In this document: positions 26,617 through 36,328 of the stretch, piece after piece
Numbering within the stretch: position 1 is the stretch's first letter
Layout of the letters: each line of letters begins with the position of its first letter
IMG/VR virus record: IMGVR_UViG_2778261204_000006
Location: 1-38,045 of that record
DNA length: 38,045 bases
Source of the DNA: a virus
Lineage: Duplodnaviria; Heunggongvirae; Uroviricota; Caudoviricetes
Direction: 5' to 3' (one strand)
Position numbers and translations under genes: made by a program
Notes under the pieces: model-generated
Told to the model about the DNA's origin: nothing
Seen by the model: the letters and a program-made list of their open reading frames with translations, nothing else
Database searches by the model: none

Positions 26617-29094
26617 ATGTCGGGAAAGTTTTCAGTCGGCGTTGTTATCGGCGGGATGATTGGCAGCACATTCCGTTCTGCAATGAGCGGTACCCGCCGT
26701 GCGCTTGATTCCCTGAGCGATACCTCACGCCGCCTGCAGGAACGTCAGAACGCTTTAACCCGTGCAACAGAACGTTATGGTCAGTTGGGTTCTTCCCGGA
26801 TGCAGCGTCTCAACAGCGAGCTGCTGCGGGTAAGCCGCACCATGGAGCAAATTGAACGTCAGCAGCGCCGCCTGTCAGCAGCATCAGCGACCAGTGATGC
26901 GCTGAAAGCTAACCGCATGGCGCTGTATGGTCAGGGACTTGAAGCGTATGGCATGGCACAGACTGTTTATCATACGGTTTCCCCGGCCGTTCAGCAGTCC
27001 ATGTCTTTTCAGGATAAAATGATTGATATGTCGATCACCGCAAAATATGACAATAAAACGCGGGATGCACTTGCCGGACAGATAAAAGGCTGGGCGCTTA
27101 AATACAATCAGTATCAGGATGAGCTGCAGGAGGCGGTGGGTTCGCTCATCAGCGACAATATTGATAATGTGTCAGATATCGGTTTTCTGATGCCGGATAT
27201 TGCCCGCGCGGCAACGGCAACACGCACGTCTGCTCAGGACTGGGCAAAAGTGGCCGCAGTCTGGCAAAATTCCCTGAAAGGTGCGGCCAGCGATTTTGGT
27301 GCTGTCCAGAATATTATGGCTTATGCCGGTGACCAGGGGTCATTTGAAATCCCGGATCAGGTCAAATGGATGCAGTCCCTGGCCCCAATGATGGAGGGTG
27401 TTGCCAGCGGGAAAGAGGCTGTTGCTGAAATCGGTGCCAGTCTCCAGATAGCAAAAATCGGTGCGGGCTCCACCGATGAAGCAGCCAATAACTTTAAAAA
27501 CTTCCTTACCAAAATTTTTGCCCGTGATACTCAGAAACAGTTTGCTGATCTGGGTATTGATTTGCAGGGTTCTATTGCGAGTTATAAAGCTGCGGGGATC
27601 TCTCCGATTGAAGGGATGTTGAGTGTGATAGAACGTTACCTCAATGCCAAAAGCCCCGAAGCGCTGGCCGGCTTCAAATCCGCCATGAAAATAAAGAATG
27701 ATACGGCAAGAGATGAGGCACTTCAGGCTCTGGCGAAAAACTTTGGTCTGGGCGATATGTTCGCGGATATGCAGGTCATGGCATTTATCCGCCCGATGCT
27801 GGCAAACATGGACAGATATCGCGAGATCCGTGCCGGTGCTCTCAGGGCAGCCGATAACGATTTGCTTGCCAGTGCGTATGATCAGCGGCTGAAATCCCCC
27901 CTTGAAGCCACCAAAGCGCTGGCAGTCAACAGTCGGGATCTGGCAATTACGCTGGGCGATCAATTAGCCCCGTCTTTTATTTCTCTGACTCAGGAGCTGC
28001 TCCCACTCATTCAGGGGGCAAAACACTGGGTAGCGACTCACCCGCAATTTGTCAGTGGGGCTTTTAAGCTTATCAGTGCGCTCCTTGCGATTAAGATAGC
28101 GACTATTGGTCTCAAACTGGGGCTGAATCTCCTTATTTCCCCCTTTGTAAGTGTCTGGAAAAATGCTGTTTTACTTCGGGCCAACTGGCTTCGTCTGATG
28201 CTCGCACTGGGGGAAGGCGGTAAACTCCGCTGGCTGGTGACAGGCTTTGGTGCCGTCGCCAGAGGCGCCAGAACACTGGGGGGGGTGCTCTCAGGGGGGC
28301 TGGTTCGCGGAATTATGAGCGCCGGGCGTGCCGTTCTCTGGATTGGCCGGGCGCTGATGATGAATCCCATCGGTCTCGCTATCACCGCCGTCGCGGCAGC
28401 AGCTTACCTTATCTACCGCAACTGGGGCGCGGTCAGTAGCTGGTTTAAACAGCGCTGGGCTGACATTCAGGAAGCCTTTAACGGCGGTATCGCGGGAACT
28501 GGTAAACTGCTGGTTAACTGGTCTCCGGCAGGTCTGCTTTATAAAGCCTTTGCGGCTGCGCTGAAATATCTCGGCGTTGATTTGCCGGCGAAATTCACCG
28601 ACTTCGGTGGTCATCTTATTGACGGGCTGATAAATGGCATCAGAAACAAATGGGAGTCACTGAAAACCAGCATAACCGGAATGGGTGACAGCATCAGTGA
28701 CTGGTTCAGCGAAAAGCTGGGCATCCATTCACCGAGTCGCGTGTTTATAGGCTTTGGTGACAATATCGCGCAGGGTGCCGCCATTGGCCTGCAACGGACC
28801 ACTCCGCTTGCTGCACTGGCCGGGCAGCGCCTGGCCGCTGAAATGACACCGGATGTTCCCCGTATCCCGTCGCCGGAAATCATGGCTGCCGGATATTCAG
28901 GCCGTGGCGCAACTGCAACCGGCGGTGGAGCGTCTGGCGGTATCCAGGTCAGCTTTAATCCTCAGTTTTTCCTCAATGGTAAGGAAACCGCAGCGCCTGC
29001 CGGGCTGGCTGGTGCCCTGAATATGAGCCTGCATGAGCTGGAAAAAATGCTGGAGCGTCTGCTGGCTCAGAAACAACGTAAGGAGTACAGCTGA
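26617..29094 (+). CDS. tail tape measure protein
   Basis: About 825 aa, helical and Gly/Ala-rich with hydrophobic segments; GGAGG RBS before ATG 26617. Confidence 0.85.
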   Translation: MSGKFSVGVVIGGMIGSTFRSAMSGTRRALDSLSDTSRRLQERQNALTRATERYGQLGSSRMQRLNSELLRVSRTMEQIERQQRRLSAASATSDALKANRMALYGQGLEAYGMAQTVYHTVSPAVQQSMSFQDKMIDMSITAKYDNKTRDALAGQIKGWALKYNQYQDELQEAVGSLISDNIDNVSDIGFLMPDIARAATATRTSAQDWAKVAAVWQNSLKGAASDFGAVQNIMAYAGDQGSFEIPDQVKWMQSLAPMMEGVASGKEAVAEIGASLQIAKIGAGSTDEAANNFKNFLTKIFARDTQKQFADLGIDLQGSIASYKAAGISPIEGMLSVIERYLNAKSPEALAGFKSAMKIKNDTARDEALQALAKNFGLGDMFADMQVMAFIRPMLANMDRYREIRAGALRAADNDLLASAYDQRLKSPLEATKALAVNSRDLAITLGDQLAPSFISLTQELLPLIQGAKHWVATHPQFVSGAFKLISALLAIKIATIGLKLGLNLLISPFVSVWKNAVLLRANWLRLMLALGEGGKLRWLVTGFGAVARGARTLGGVLSGGLVRGIMSAGRAVLWIGRALMMNPIGLAITAVAAAAYLIYRNWGAVSSWFKQRWADIQEAFNGGIAGTGKLLVNWSPAGLLYKAFAAALKYLGVDLPAKFTDFGGHLIDGLINGIRNKWESLKTSITGMGDSISDWFSEKLGIHSPSRVFIGFGDNIAQGAAIGLQRTTPLAALAGQRLAAEMTPDVPRIPSPEIMAAGYSGRGATATGGGASGGIQVSFNPQFFLNGKETAAPAGLAGALNMSLHELEKMLERLLAQKQRKEYS

Positions 29095-29978
29095 TGTTTG
29101 CCGTACTGGGTGATATTGAGTTTGAACTGATTACCTACTGGGACGGCTTCGAGGCCACGTTTGGCGTAGATTATGCGGAGCATGCCCGCATCGAGGGTAA
29201 ACCCGGCCTGCAGTTCGTCGGCGACAGGCTGGACGAAATCCAGATAAGCCTGGTCTTCCATCAGCATTATTGTGTGCCCGACGTGGAGCTGGCGAGAGTG
29301 CGAACAGCCATGAAGGCCCATCAGGCACTGGCGCTGGTCTTCGGCAACGGTGACTATCGCGGCTGGTTCGTGATTACCGATGTGACCGCAACCAGCGAGC
29401 AGACAGACAGCACCGGTAACGTGCTGGCTGTCAGTGCCACCGTGTCTCTCCGGGAATACACCGGTGACCCGAAAAATCCTCTGCAACCGCCGGCAATACG
29501 CAGGCAGGTTCCCGGTGCCGGGGCCGTATCTGGTGCTGTTCCATCGCCTTCCGGGGTGGCGCAGTTCGTCCGTAACGGCGTCAACTATGCGAAACAGGCG
29601 CAGTCTGTACTCCAGACCACTATCAGTGCCGTTCGGGTGGCGCAGAAAATGAAGGGTAACCCCGTTGTCGCGCTGACCCGTGTGCCGGGACTGATGAGCG
29701 GACTGGGTAATATATCCGGAGCTCTGGGGAAAAGTGTTCCGGCGTTTAATGCACTCTCAGAATCCATGCCCGATGCCATCAGTCTGGCCAGAACAGCCAG
29801 TGAGGCAGCCACGTATGTACAGCAGGCGCAGTCGGCGCTGAGTGGTGTGGACAAAAGAAATATTGCAGGTGCTCTGGATACCGTTTCCGGGCAGCTTAAC
29901 GCCGCCGGCACAGCATTCAACCGCATGTCTCCGGGATTAAGTGCAATGGCCGCCAGAATACTGACGAGGAGTGTGTGA
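29094..29978 (+). CDS. tail protein (Mu N / P2 U-like)
   Basis: 294 aa between tape measure and gpX/gpD-like genes; AAGGAG RBS. Confidence 0.5.
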   Translation: MFAVLGDIEFELITYWDGFEATFGVDYAEHARIEGKPGLQFVGDRLDEIQISLVFHQHYCVPDVELARVRTAMKAHQALALVFGNGDYRGWFVITDVTATSEQTDSTGNVLAVSATVSLREYTGDPKNPLQPPAIRRQVPGAGAVSGAVPSPSGVAQFVRNGVNYAKQAQSVLQTTISAVRVAQKMKGNPVVALTRVPGLMSGLGNISGALGKSVPAFNALSESMPDAISLARTASEAATYVQQAQSALSGVDKRNIAGALDTVSGQLNAAGTAFNRMSPGLSAMAARILTRSV

Positions 29979-30190
29979 TGTTTCTTGAACATATTACCCG
30001 TGACGGAGAGCGCTGGGATTCGCTGGCATGGCAGTACTACGGTGACCCGCTGGGCTATCCCCGGATTATTGCAGCCAATCCGCACGTGGCCATCACGCCG
30101 GTGCTGCCCTCCGGGCTGTTGTTACTGATTCCGGTTATCGAGGCTGAAGAAGCCAGTACAGAAGAGGATATTGCCCCATGGCTGAGATAA
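29978..30190 (+). CDS. tail protein X-like
   Basis: 70 aa; RWDSLAWQYYGD segment resembles P2 gpX; GAGGAG RBS. Confidence 0.6.
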   Translation: MFLEHITRDGERWDSLAWQYYGDPLGYPRIIAANPHVAITPVLPSGLLLLIPVIEAEEASTEEDIAPWLR

Positions 30191-31347
30191 ACAGCACTGC
30201 ACAAGCCGCATCAGCGTTAACCGGCGTCAGCGATGTTCTGAGTCCGGTGTTCACGCTGTGGTATCTGCAGAAGAACATCACCACCGATATCGCCCCCTAT
30301 GTCACCCGCGTAACCTACAGCGATAACATCAAAAGCGAGTCCGATACCATTGAGGTGGAACTGGACGACACCGATGGCCGCTGGCTGGATAAGTGGTATC
30401 CGGGCAAGGGTGACACGCTGACGCTGAAAATGGGTTATCAGGGCGAGAAGCTGCTGTCCTGCGGTACGTTCTCTATAGACGAGATCGAGGTGAGTTCGCC
30501 CGCGTCCGTTGTCGCTATCCGGGGCGTGGCCACGTCGGTCAACAACGCCCTGCGGACAAAATCCAGTCGTGGTTTCGAGAGCACCACGCTGGCGGCCATC
30601 GCCGGACGGATTGCCAAAAAGCATCAGCTGAAGCTGGTTGGCAGTATTGAGTCCATCAAAATTGACCGGGTGACCCAGTATGCTGAAACGGACGTGGGCT
30701 TCCTGCGCCGACTGGCCAGCGAGTATGGTTATGCCGTGAAAGTGGTCAGCGACCAGCTGGTTTTTTCTCATCTTGCCACGTTGCGCGGTCAGGAGCCGGT
30801 CAGGCAGTTAAAGCCGCAGGATGTGGCCAGCTTTTCCCTGCGTGACACCATCAACCGCGTCTACAAATCCGCGAAGGTAAAACACCAGAAGAGCAGCGAT
30901 AAAAAGCTGATCGTTTATGAAGCTGATGGCGGTACCAGCGAAAGCGACAAACAAACCAAAGGCGGTAAGGTCACCAGTGCCGACTCACTGAAGGTCAACA
31001 GCCGCGTCAGTGACCCGGACAGCGCCCGGATTAAAGCAGATTCGGCGCTGGCCAGGCATAACGAATACCAGCAGAACGGCTCCCTGACGCTGATGGGGAC
31101 GCCCCAGTTGACTGCAGGCAACAAAATTGAACTGGTGGGCTTTGGTCAGTTATCCGGGCCATGGCTGATAACCACTGCCCGCCATGCGTTTGATCGTAAC
31201 AGCGGCTACATCACCGAACTGGAAGTGGCACGAGGGCCGGTCACGCAGGGCAAGGCGAAGAAAGGTAAAAAGACTGGCAAAACCCAGACGCTGACCGTCT
31301 ATCAACCGGACGGCAGTACGTCCACGGTAATAAAGGAGAAGAAATAA
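30178..31347 (+). CDS. tail/baseplate hub protein (P2 gpD / Mu P-like)
   Basis: 389 aa; ETDVGFLRRLA segment typical of gpD family. Confidence 0.8.
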   Translation: MAEINSTAQAASALTGVSDVLSPVFTLWYLQKNITTDIAPYVTRVTYSDNIKSESDTIEVELDDTDGRWLDKWYPGKGDTLTLKMGYQGEKLLSCGTFSIDEIEVSSPASVVAIRGVATSVNNALRTKSSRGFESTTLAAIAGRIAKKHQLKLVGSIESIKIDRVTQYAETDVGFLRRLASEYGYAVKVVSDQLVFSHLATLRGQEPVRQLKPQDVASFSLRDTINRVYKSAKVKHQKSSDKKLIVYEADGGTSESDKQTKGGKVTSADSLKVNSRVSDPDSARIKADSALARHNEYQQNGSLTLMGTPQLTAGNKIELVGFGQLSGPWLITTARHAFDRNSGYITELEVARGPVTQGKAKKGKKTGKTQTLTVYQPDGSTSTVIKEKK

Positions 31348-31859
31348 TGGCAGGCGTCACCCGTCAGGTCGGTACGGTCAGCGCCGTCGATGCCGACAAG
31401 GTACAGGCCCGTGTTCGTTTGCCGGAATGCGATAACCTGCGCACTAACTGGCTTAACGTGCTGCAGCGCAATACCCAGGATAACAAGGATTACTGGCTCC
31501 CTGACGTGGGGGAGCAGGTTGAGGTGCTGCTCGATGCCAACGGCGAGGATGGCGTCATTCTGGGCGCGGTGTACTCAGAAGTCGATAAACCGCCGTTCAG
31601 CGACAAAAATGTCCGGGGCACAAAATACGCTGATGGTGCTGAGTTCAGCTATAACCGCGCGACCCATACGCTGACGGTTAAAGGCGGTATCGAGCATGTG
31701 GTGATCGAGGTTGCGGTGGGTATCAACCTGAAGGGGAAAACTATTGATTTGACCGCTGACACCACCACGGTGAACGGCGACCTTGAAATCAACGGCAATG
31801 CCCACTCGACAGGCAGCATGCTCTCTGACGGCCAGAACTCCAATCATCACTCCCACTGA
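31347..31859 (+). CDS. baseplate spike protein (gpV-like)
   Basis: 170 aa; AAGGAGA RBS. Confidence 0.8.
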   Translation: MAGVTRQVGTVSAVDADKVQARVRLPECDNLRTNWLNVLQRNTQDNKDYWLPDVGEQVEVLLDANGEDGVILGAVYSEVDKPPFSDKNVRGTKYADGAEFSYNRATHTLTVKGGIEHVVIEVAVGINLKGKTIDLTADTTTVNGDLEINGNAHSTGSMLSDGQNSNHHSH

Positions 31860-31873
31860 CCTTCTTAAACGCC

Positions 31874-31912
31874 TTTAATATCGGCGTTCCCGCACAGGGG
31901 CAATACTGCCCC
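31874..31912 (+). promoter_or_regulatory. candidate internal late promoter upstream of the baseplate W gene
   Basis: CCTTTAATATCG at 31872 and ACTGCCC at 31905, 32 bp apart. Confidence 0.35.
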
Positions 31913-31913
31913 C

Positions 31914-32261
31914 ATGAAAACAACCTCAGTATTCTGGCAACCGGCTCTGCAGGCCCCCGGCGAAATCGTCCGGGGGCTGGATGATATCTGGCAGGCTATT
32001 CAAATCATCCTGCGTACTCCTCGCGGCAGCGACCCGCATCGCCCGGAGTTCGGCAGCAATCTGCACCTTTATATCGACTGGCCTATTGACCGGGCCATTC
32101 CGCATGTGGTGCGCGAATCCGTCGATGCCATCCGCAGCTGGGAGCCTCGCTGCCAGCTTATGTCGGTCAAACCCGCCGTCGACGGCGAACATCTTACGCT
32201 CCGGGTGAGCTGGAAAGGCTCTGACGGACAGCCCCGGACTCAGGAGTTGCTATGGCGCTGA
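31914..32261 (+). CDS. baseplate protein W (GPW/gp25 family)
   Basis: 115 aa; IILRTPRGSDPHRPEFGSNLHLYIDWP motif. Confidence 0.8.
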   Translation: MKTTSVFWQPALQAPGEIVRGLDDIWQAIQIILRTPRGSDPHRPEFGSNLHLYIDWPIDRAIPHVVRESVDAIRSWEPRCQLMSVKPAVDGEHLTLRVSWKGSDGQPRTQELLWR

Positions 32262-33355
32262 CAGAACCCGATTTTATTGAACGTGATGCCGACAAAATCA
32301 CGGCTGAAATGATTGCTCAGTACGAAGCCGCAACCGGCAAGACGCTGTACCCCGCTCAGGCTGAGCGCCTGTTGATTGACCTGTGGGCATACCGCGAAAT
32401 GCTGGTCAGGGTAGCGGCGCAGGAAGCGGCCAAACAGAATCTGGTCGCCTTTGCCCGTGAGCCGATGATTGATTACCTCGGTGAACTGGTCGGTGTATAT
32501 CGCCTGGCCGCACAGCCTGCCACCACCACGCTCCAGTTCTCCGTGGATGAGGCACTGGCCATTGACGTGCTGATTCCGGCGGGTACCCGCGTCAGTGCTT
32601 CCGACAGCATCATTTTTGCCACCGACACGGACGTGGTGTTAAAGGCCGGATTGCTGCTGGTCAATACCACGGCCACCTGTACCGAGCCGGGGGCCGCTGG
32701 CAACGGCTGGCAGCCTGCACAGGTCAGTCAGTTGCTCGATGAAATTGATAACGTCGACCTGCAGGTGACCAATCTGGCGGCCAGTTCTGGCGGTTCAGAG
32801 CAGGAAGACAATGACAGGCTCCGCGAGCGTATCAAGCTGGCCCCGGAGTCATTCACCAACGCCGGAAGCCGTATGGCATACCGCTTTCATGCCATGCAGG
32901 CCCATCCCAACATCGTCGATGTTGCGGTGCTTTCCCCGGTTCCCGGCACCGTAGAACTGTATCCGCTGCTCAGCACCGGCCTGCCGGACGACAGCATCCT
33001 CACGCTGGTAGAGAGTTTCTGCTCGGACGAAAAAGTCAGGCCGCTCACTGATACCGTGCGGGCTAAAACACCTGTGCAGGTGGATTACGCCATTGAGGCC
33101 AACATCACTATCTATCGTGATCAGGATGCCAACTCGATAAAGGACAGCGCCAACAGCGCCATACAGAACTGGGTGGCGTCCCGTACCGCCACGCTGGGGC
33201 GCGATATTGTCCCCAGCCAGATTATCAGCGTTCTGTCCGTTACCGGGGTCTATCAGGTCGAACTGGTGACACCGGTGCTGAAGGTGGTGGCAGAAAACGA
33301 ATGGGCAAACTGTACGGCGATCACTCTTAACATGACCGGGGTGTCCGATGGCTGA
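32252..33355 (+). CDS. baseplate protein J
   Basis: 367 aa; follows W as in P2/Mu baseplate modules. Confidence 0.8.
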   Translation: MALTEPDFIERDADKITAEMIAQYEAATGKTLYPAQAERLLIDLWAYREMLVRVAAQEAAKQNLVAFAREPMIDYLGELVGVYRLAAQPATTTLQFSVDEALAIDVLIPAGTRVSASDSIIFATDTDVVLKAGLLLVNTTATCTEPGAAGNGWQPAQVSQLLDEIDNVDLQVTNLAASSGGSEQEDNDRLRERIKLAPESFTNAGSRMAYRFHAMQAHPNIVDVAVLSPVPGTVELYPLLSTGLPDDSILTLVESFCSDEKVRPLTDTVRAKTPVQVDYAIEANITIYRDQDANSIKDSANSAIQNWVASRTATLGRDIVPSQIISVLSVTGVYQVELVTPVLKVVAENEWANCTAITLNMTGVSDG

Positions 33356-33926
33356 GCCGTTACAACTTCCGCCACCGCTTGAGGGTGATATCAGCCTCAG
33401 AACGCTGGGAAGACTGGCCGGGCGGCTGGATAACATCGACCTGAGCGTACTGATGGTCTATCTCGTCGATATTGTCGACAGTTCCGCGCTGCCATGGCTG
33501 GGCGAGCAGTGCTCGCTGTTCGGCGATGGCTGGGAGTTGGCGGAGTCGGACGATGTACGCCGCATGCTTATCAAATCCGCTATCGAGCTGCACCGCTACA
33601 AAGGGACGCCGTGGTCAATCCGGGAAATCATCCGCCGTTTCGGCTTTGGCGAAGTGGATCTGATTGAAGGCACTGGCCAGATCGGCTACGACGGCAAACA
33701 CACTTACAACGGGCTTTTCGTCCATGGCGATGCAGAAGCCTGGGCGGTCTATCGCGTCATTCTTCAACAGCCCATCACTAACGATCAGGCCGCGTTGTTA
33801 CGCCAGACGCTCGCTGCTTTTGCTCCGGCCCGCTGCCATCTGGCGAGCCTTGAGTATCAGTCTGTCGCCATTCGCTACAACAACACCGTCAACTACGACG
33901 GCAGCTATAACCACGGGAGCAGTTAA
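33348..33926 (+). CDS. tail protein I-like (baseplate)
   Basis: 192 aa; follows J. Confidence 0.7.
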   Translation: MAEPLQLPPPLEGDISLRTLGRLAGRLDNIDLSVLMVYLVDIVDSSALPWLGEQCSLFGDGWELAESDDVRRMLIKSAIELHRYKGTPWSIREIIRRFGFGEVDLIEGTGQIGYDGKHTYNGLFVHGDAEAWAVYRVILQQPITNDQAALLRQTLAAFAPARCHLASLEYQSVAIRYNNTVNYDGSYNHGSS

Positions 33927-33928
33927 TT

Positions 33929-34771
33929 ATGGCAAACCTACCTGAAACCCCGCAGTGGGAAGACGGCATCTATCAGATTGAGGTCTCTGACCCCGTTCTG
34001 GGCGGGCCTGACGGGATTTCTAACCGCCAGGGTAAACAACTGGCCAGCCGCACGCTGTACCTGAAACAACAGGTTGAGAAAGGCGGTACAGACCTTGCGA
34101 AACACATCGCGGCAGCAGACCCGCATACACAGTACGCACCGAAAGCCAGCCCGACATTCACCGGCACGCCAACAGCGCCCACGCCTGCAAATAGCGATAA
34201 CAGCAAGAAGCTGGCGACGACGGAGTTTGTGGCCAAAGCACTTGCGGCGCTTGCAGGCAGCGCCCCTGAAACGCTGGATACGCTTAAAGAGCTGGCGGAT
34301 GCCCTCGGTAACGATCCGAATTTTGCGACCACGGTGCTTAACAAACTGGCGGAGAAGCTGGCCAAAGACCAGAACGGCGCAGATATTCCTGACCCGGCGC
34401 TCTTTGTCAAAAACCTTGGTTTAGGGGAATCGGCGAAAATGCCTGCTGCGACAGCATTGGCCAGCAGTGCTGGTAACATCGCTATTCCAGTATTAATTGG
34501 TGGAGTACAACGAACAGCACTGCTTCAGTGGAAGATGGTATCAGTGCCGCAATCAGCAGACGGTAACATGGTAGTGGTTGACGACTCATGGCCGGTTGCC
34601 TTTCCTAATGCTTGCCTTTCCATCAATCCTTCGCTGTCCAGTTCTTTGATTTACGCGACCAGTGGAGCACCTTTTGTCAGCGCAGCGATTGTTGACCGGG
34701 TCAAATTCAAAGCCGCTTGCGCATACACGAAATCTAATTCAACAGTAACAGTATGGGGAGTGGGATATTAA
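33929..34771 (+). CDS. tail fibre protein (constant N-terminus plus currently expressed variable C-terminus)
   Basis: 280 aa; crossover repeat lies in frame at codons KNLGLGE; C-terminal part inside invertible segment. Confidence 0.75.
   Translation: MANLPETPQWEDGIYQIEVSDPVLGGPDGISNRQGKQLASRTLYLKQQVEKGGTDLAKHIAAADPHTQYAPKASPTFTGTPTAPTPANSDNSKKLATTEFVAKALAALAGSAPETLDTLKELADALGNDPNFATTVLNKLAEKLAKDQNGADIPDPALFVKNLGLGESAKMPAATALASSAGNIAIPVLIGGVQRTALLQWKMVSVPQSADGNMVVVDDSWPVAFPNACLSINPSLSSSLIYATSGAPFVSAAIVDRVKFKAACAYTKSNSTVTVWGVGY
34408..34429. repeat. left inverted repeat (gix/hix-like recombination site) CAAAAACCTTGGTTTAGGGGAA
   Basis: 22-bp perfect match to the reverse complement of 36241..36262. 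Confidence 0.75.
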
Positions 34772-35214
34772 TGACAGACTATGTATTCAGCCCGGCTGAA
34801 AATGCTTTTTATCTTGTGGCACTGAAAGACGATTATTTATCTGCTGGCACATGGCCGTCAGACGGCATCAATATAGATGCTGAAGATGCGCTAGTTTTCA
34901 TGGGGGTGCCTCCCGAAGGTAAAGTGCGTGGCATTGGTGATGATGGGTTGCCTTGCTGGGCTGATCTTCCGCCACCTACGCATGAAGAACAACTCGCAGC
35001 GGCTGACTCAGAAAAGCAGTCGAGAATTGACCAGGCCAACGATTATATGAATGGTAAGCAGTGGCCTGGCAAAGCAGCAATCGGGCGACTGAAAGGTGAC
35101 GAACTGGCTCAGTATAATTTGTGGCTTGATTATTTGGATGCGCTGGAAGCGGTTGATACTGCCAGCGCGCCAAATATCAATTGGCCTACACCTCCGGTCG
35201 GGCAGGCCAGCTAA
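34771..35214 (+). CDS. tail fibre assembly protein (Tfa/U-like)
   Basis: About 147 aa from ATG 34771 (TAATG overlap with fibre stop); conserved Tfa C-terminal pattern. Confidence 0.75.
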   Translation: MTDYVFSPAENAFYLVALKDDYLSAGTWPSDGINIDAEDALVFMGVPPEGKVRGIGDDGLPCWADLPPPTHEEQLAAADSEKQSRIDQANDYMNGKQWPGKAAIGRLKGDELAQYNLWLDYLDALEAVDTASAPNINWPTPPVGQAS

Positions 35215-35788
35215 CATCAGGAGCCGTCGAAACATCGACGGCTTTAACTGCAGTTTTATAAGCCATCCACGATGACAGTTTCTTTTTGCTTTCTTCGCTG
35301 ATATCACCGAGCATCAGCTCTACCCGCCAATCCGAGGTAAGATCATCTACCTGAGCGAGGAGCGTTTGTCGGTGTTGTTCTGCATCAGCAATATCACCTT
35401 GATGTTTTGCAGCAGAATCCGTGACCCATTTATCTCCGTCCCATTTATCATACGGTGATGCTGGAGCTGTGGGGGTTGTACCTTCGGGATAATCTCCCAG
35501 TGCCGTCACTACAACCTGTTGCATTGTCTCAATGTTATAAACGGTTTGACCTCTGTGATCGGTTATATATTCCCATGATGAAAGGTCTGCTGTACGGCAA
35601 ATGGCAAAACCCTCATTATTTTCACCTGGAGCATCAATGCAAGAATTGGCAGGAATACCAACCCCCACGGCGAGATACTCAACGGTTGAAGACAGATATT
35701 CAAGCGTCTCACCATCGAAGTTATAGACGGTGATTTCCCCTGCAACTATAGCGATCATGTCCTGGTTTAATTCAGCTTTAGCCATCAT
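35186..35788 (-). CDS. alternative tail fibre assembly protein (Tfa', inverted orientation)
   Basis: 200 aa; C-terminus VDVSTAPDVSWPARPEV parallels the plus-strand Tfa C-terminus. Confidence 0.7.
   Translation of the reverse strand: MMAKAELNQDMIAIVAGEITVYNFDGETLEYLSSTVEYLAVGVGIPANSCIDAPGENNEGFAICRTADLSSWEYITDHRGQTVYNIETMQQVVVTALGDYPEGTTPTAPASPYDKWDGDKWVTDSAAKHQGDIADAEQHRQTLLAQVDDLTSDWRVELMLGDISEESKKKLSSWMAYKTAVKAVDVSTAPDVSWPARPEV
35223..35250 (+). terminator. hairpin terminator candidate at the convergence point inside the invertible segment
   Basis: GCCGTCG-aaacat-CGACGGC 7-bp stem followed by TTTAACTGCAGTTTTAT. Confidence 0.35.
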
Positions 35789-36262
35789 GCAGCCCTCACA
35801 ATGTAGTTAAATGCAATATTCCGCGCACGGGTTTCTGTCGCTGTTCGTACTGAGCGGGAGGCATCAAACGTCCAGTTTGCAGCACCATATCCACCATCAG
35901 TGGACGGAGTTAAACCTAAGGATAAAAGCATTCCATCCTGACGGAATGGGCCGGAGTAAACGGTATCCTTGAAAAGCTGAGTGCGACCAAACGAACCGAC
36001 AATGTTCTGGATGGAGTCTGACTGAGCAGACAATAGGCTACGCCCCGTATCAACTCCGCGCCCGTCATCCCATCCACGGATAAACTCCCCGCGTAGATCA
36101 GGCAGTCTGAGCGCCGGATAGGCCAGTGCCAGCTTAGGGTACTGGGAGGCGGTAAACGCAGCCCCATTGCATTTGAGCCACCCTGTTGGTGGTGTCGCTG
36201 ACGGCCATGGAATGGGCACGCCAACCGGCAATGCAGAGCCTTCCCCTAAACCAAGGTTTTTG
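35785..36262 (-). CDS. alternative tail fibre C-terminal segment (Sv'-like), promoterless until inversion
   Basis: Reading frame through the right repeat encodes KNLGLGE as in the plus-strand fibre, then a distinct C-terminal domain (PDLRGEFIRGWDDGRGVD). Confidence 0.65.
36241..36262. repeat. right inverted repeat (gix/hix-like recombination site)
   Basis: TTCCCCTAAACCAAGGTTTTTG, reverse complement of 34408..34429. Confidence 0.75.
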
Positions 36263-36328
36263 GAAAAGCGGTTACACATAGCGAAATCTGTAAAAATCCT
36301 CCCGCCGCGACATAGAGGAGGAGAATTG

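Larger units (their letters stand above)
34408..36262. other. invertible tail-fibre segment (G-segment-like host-range switch)
   Basis: Bounded by 22-bp inverted repeats; contains fibre C-terminus plus Tfa on plus strand and alternative fibre C-terminus plus Tfa on minus strand; invertase gene adjacent. Confidence 0.75.

Noticed and set aside
36263-36328. Late-promoter-like motif TAAAAATCC upstream of the invertase gene
   Set aside because: Only element A-like sequence is present; no element B at the 32-bp offset, so it was not called as a member of the late promoter set.
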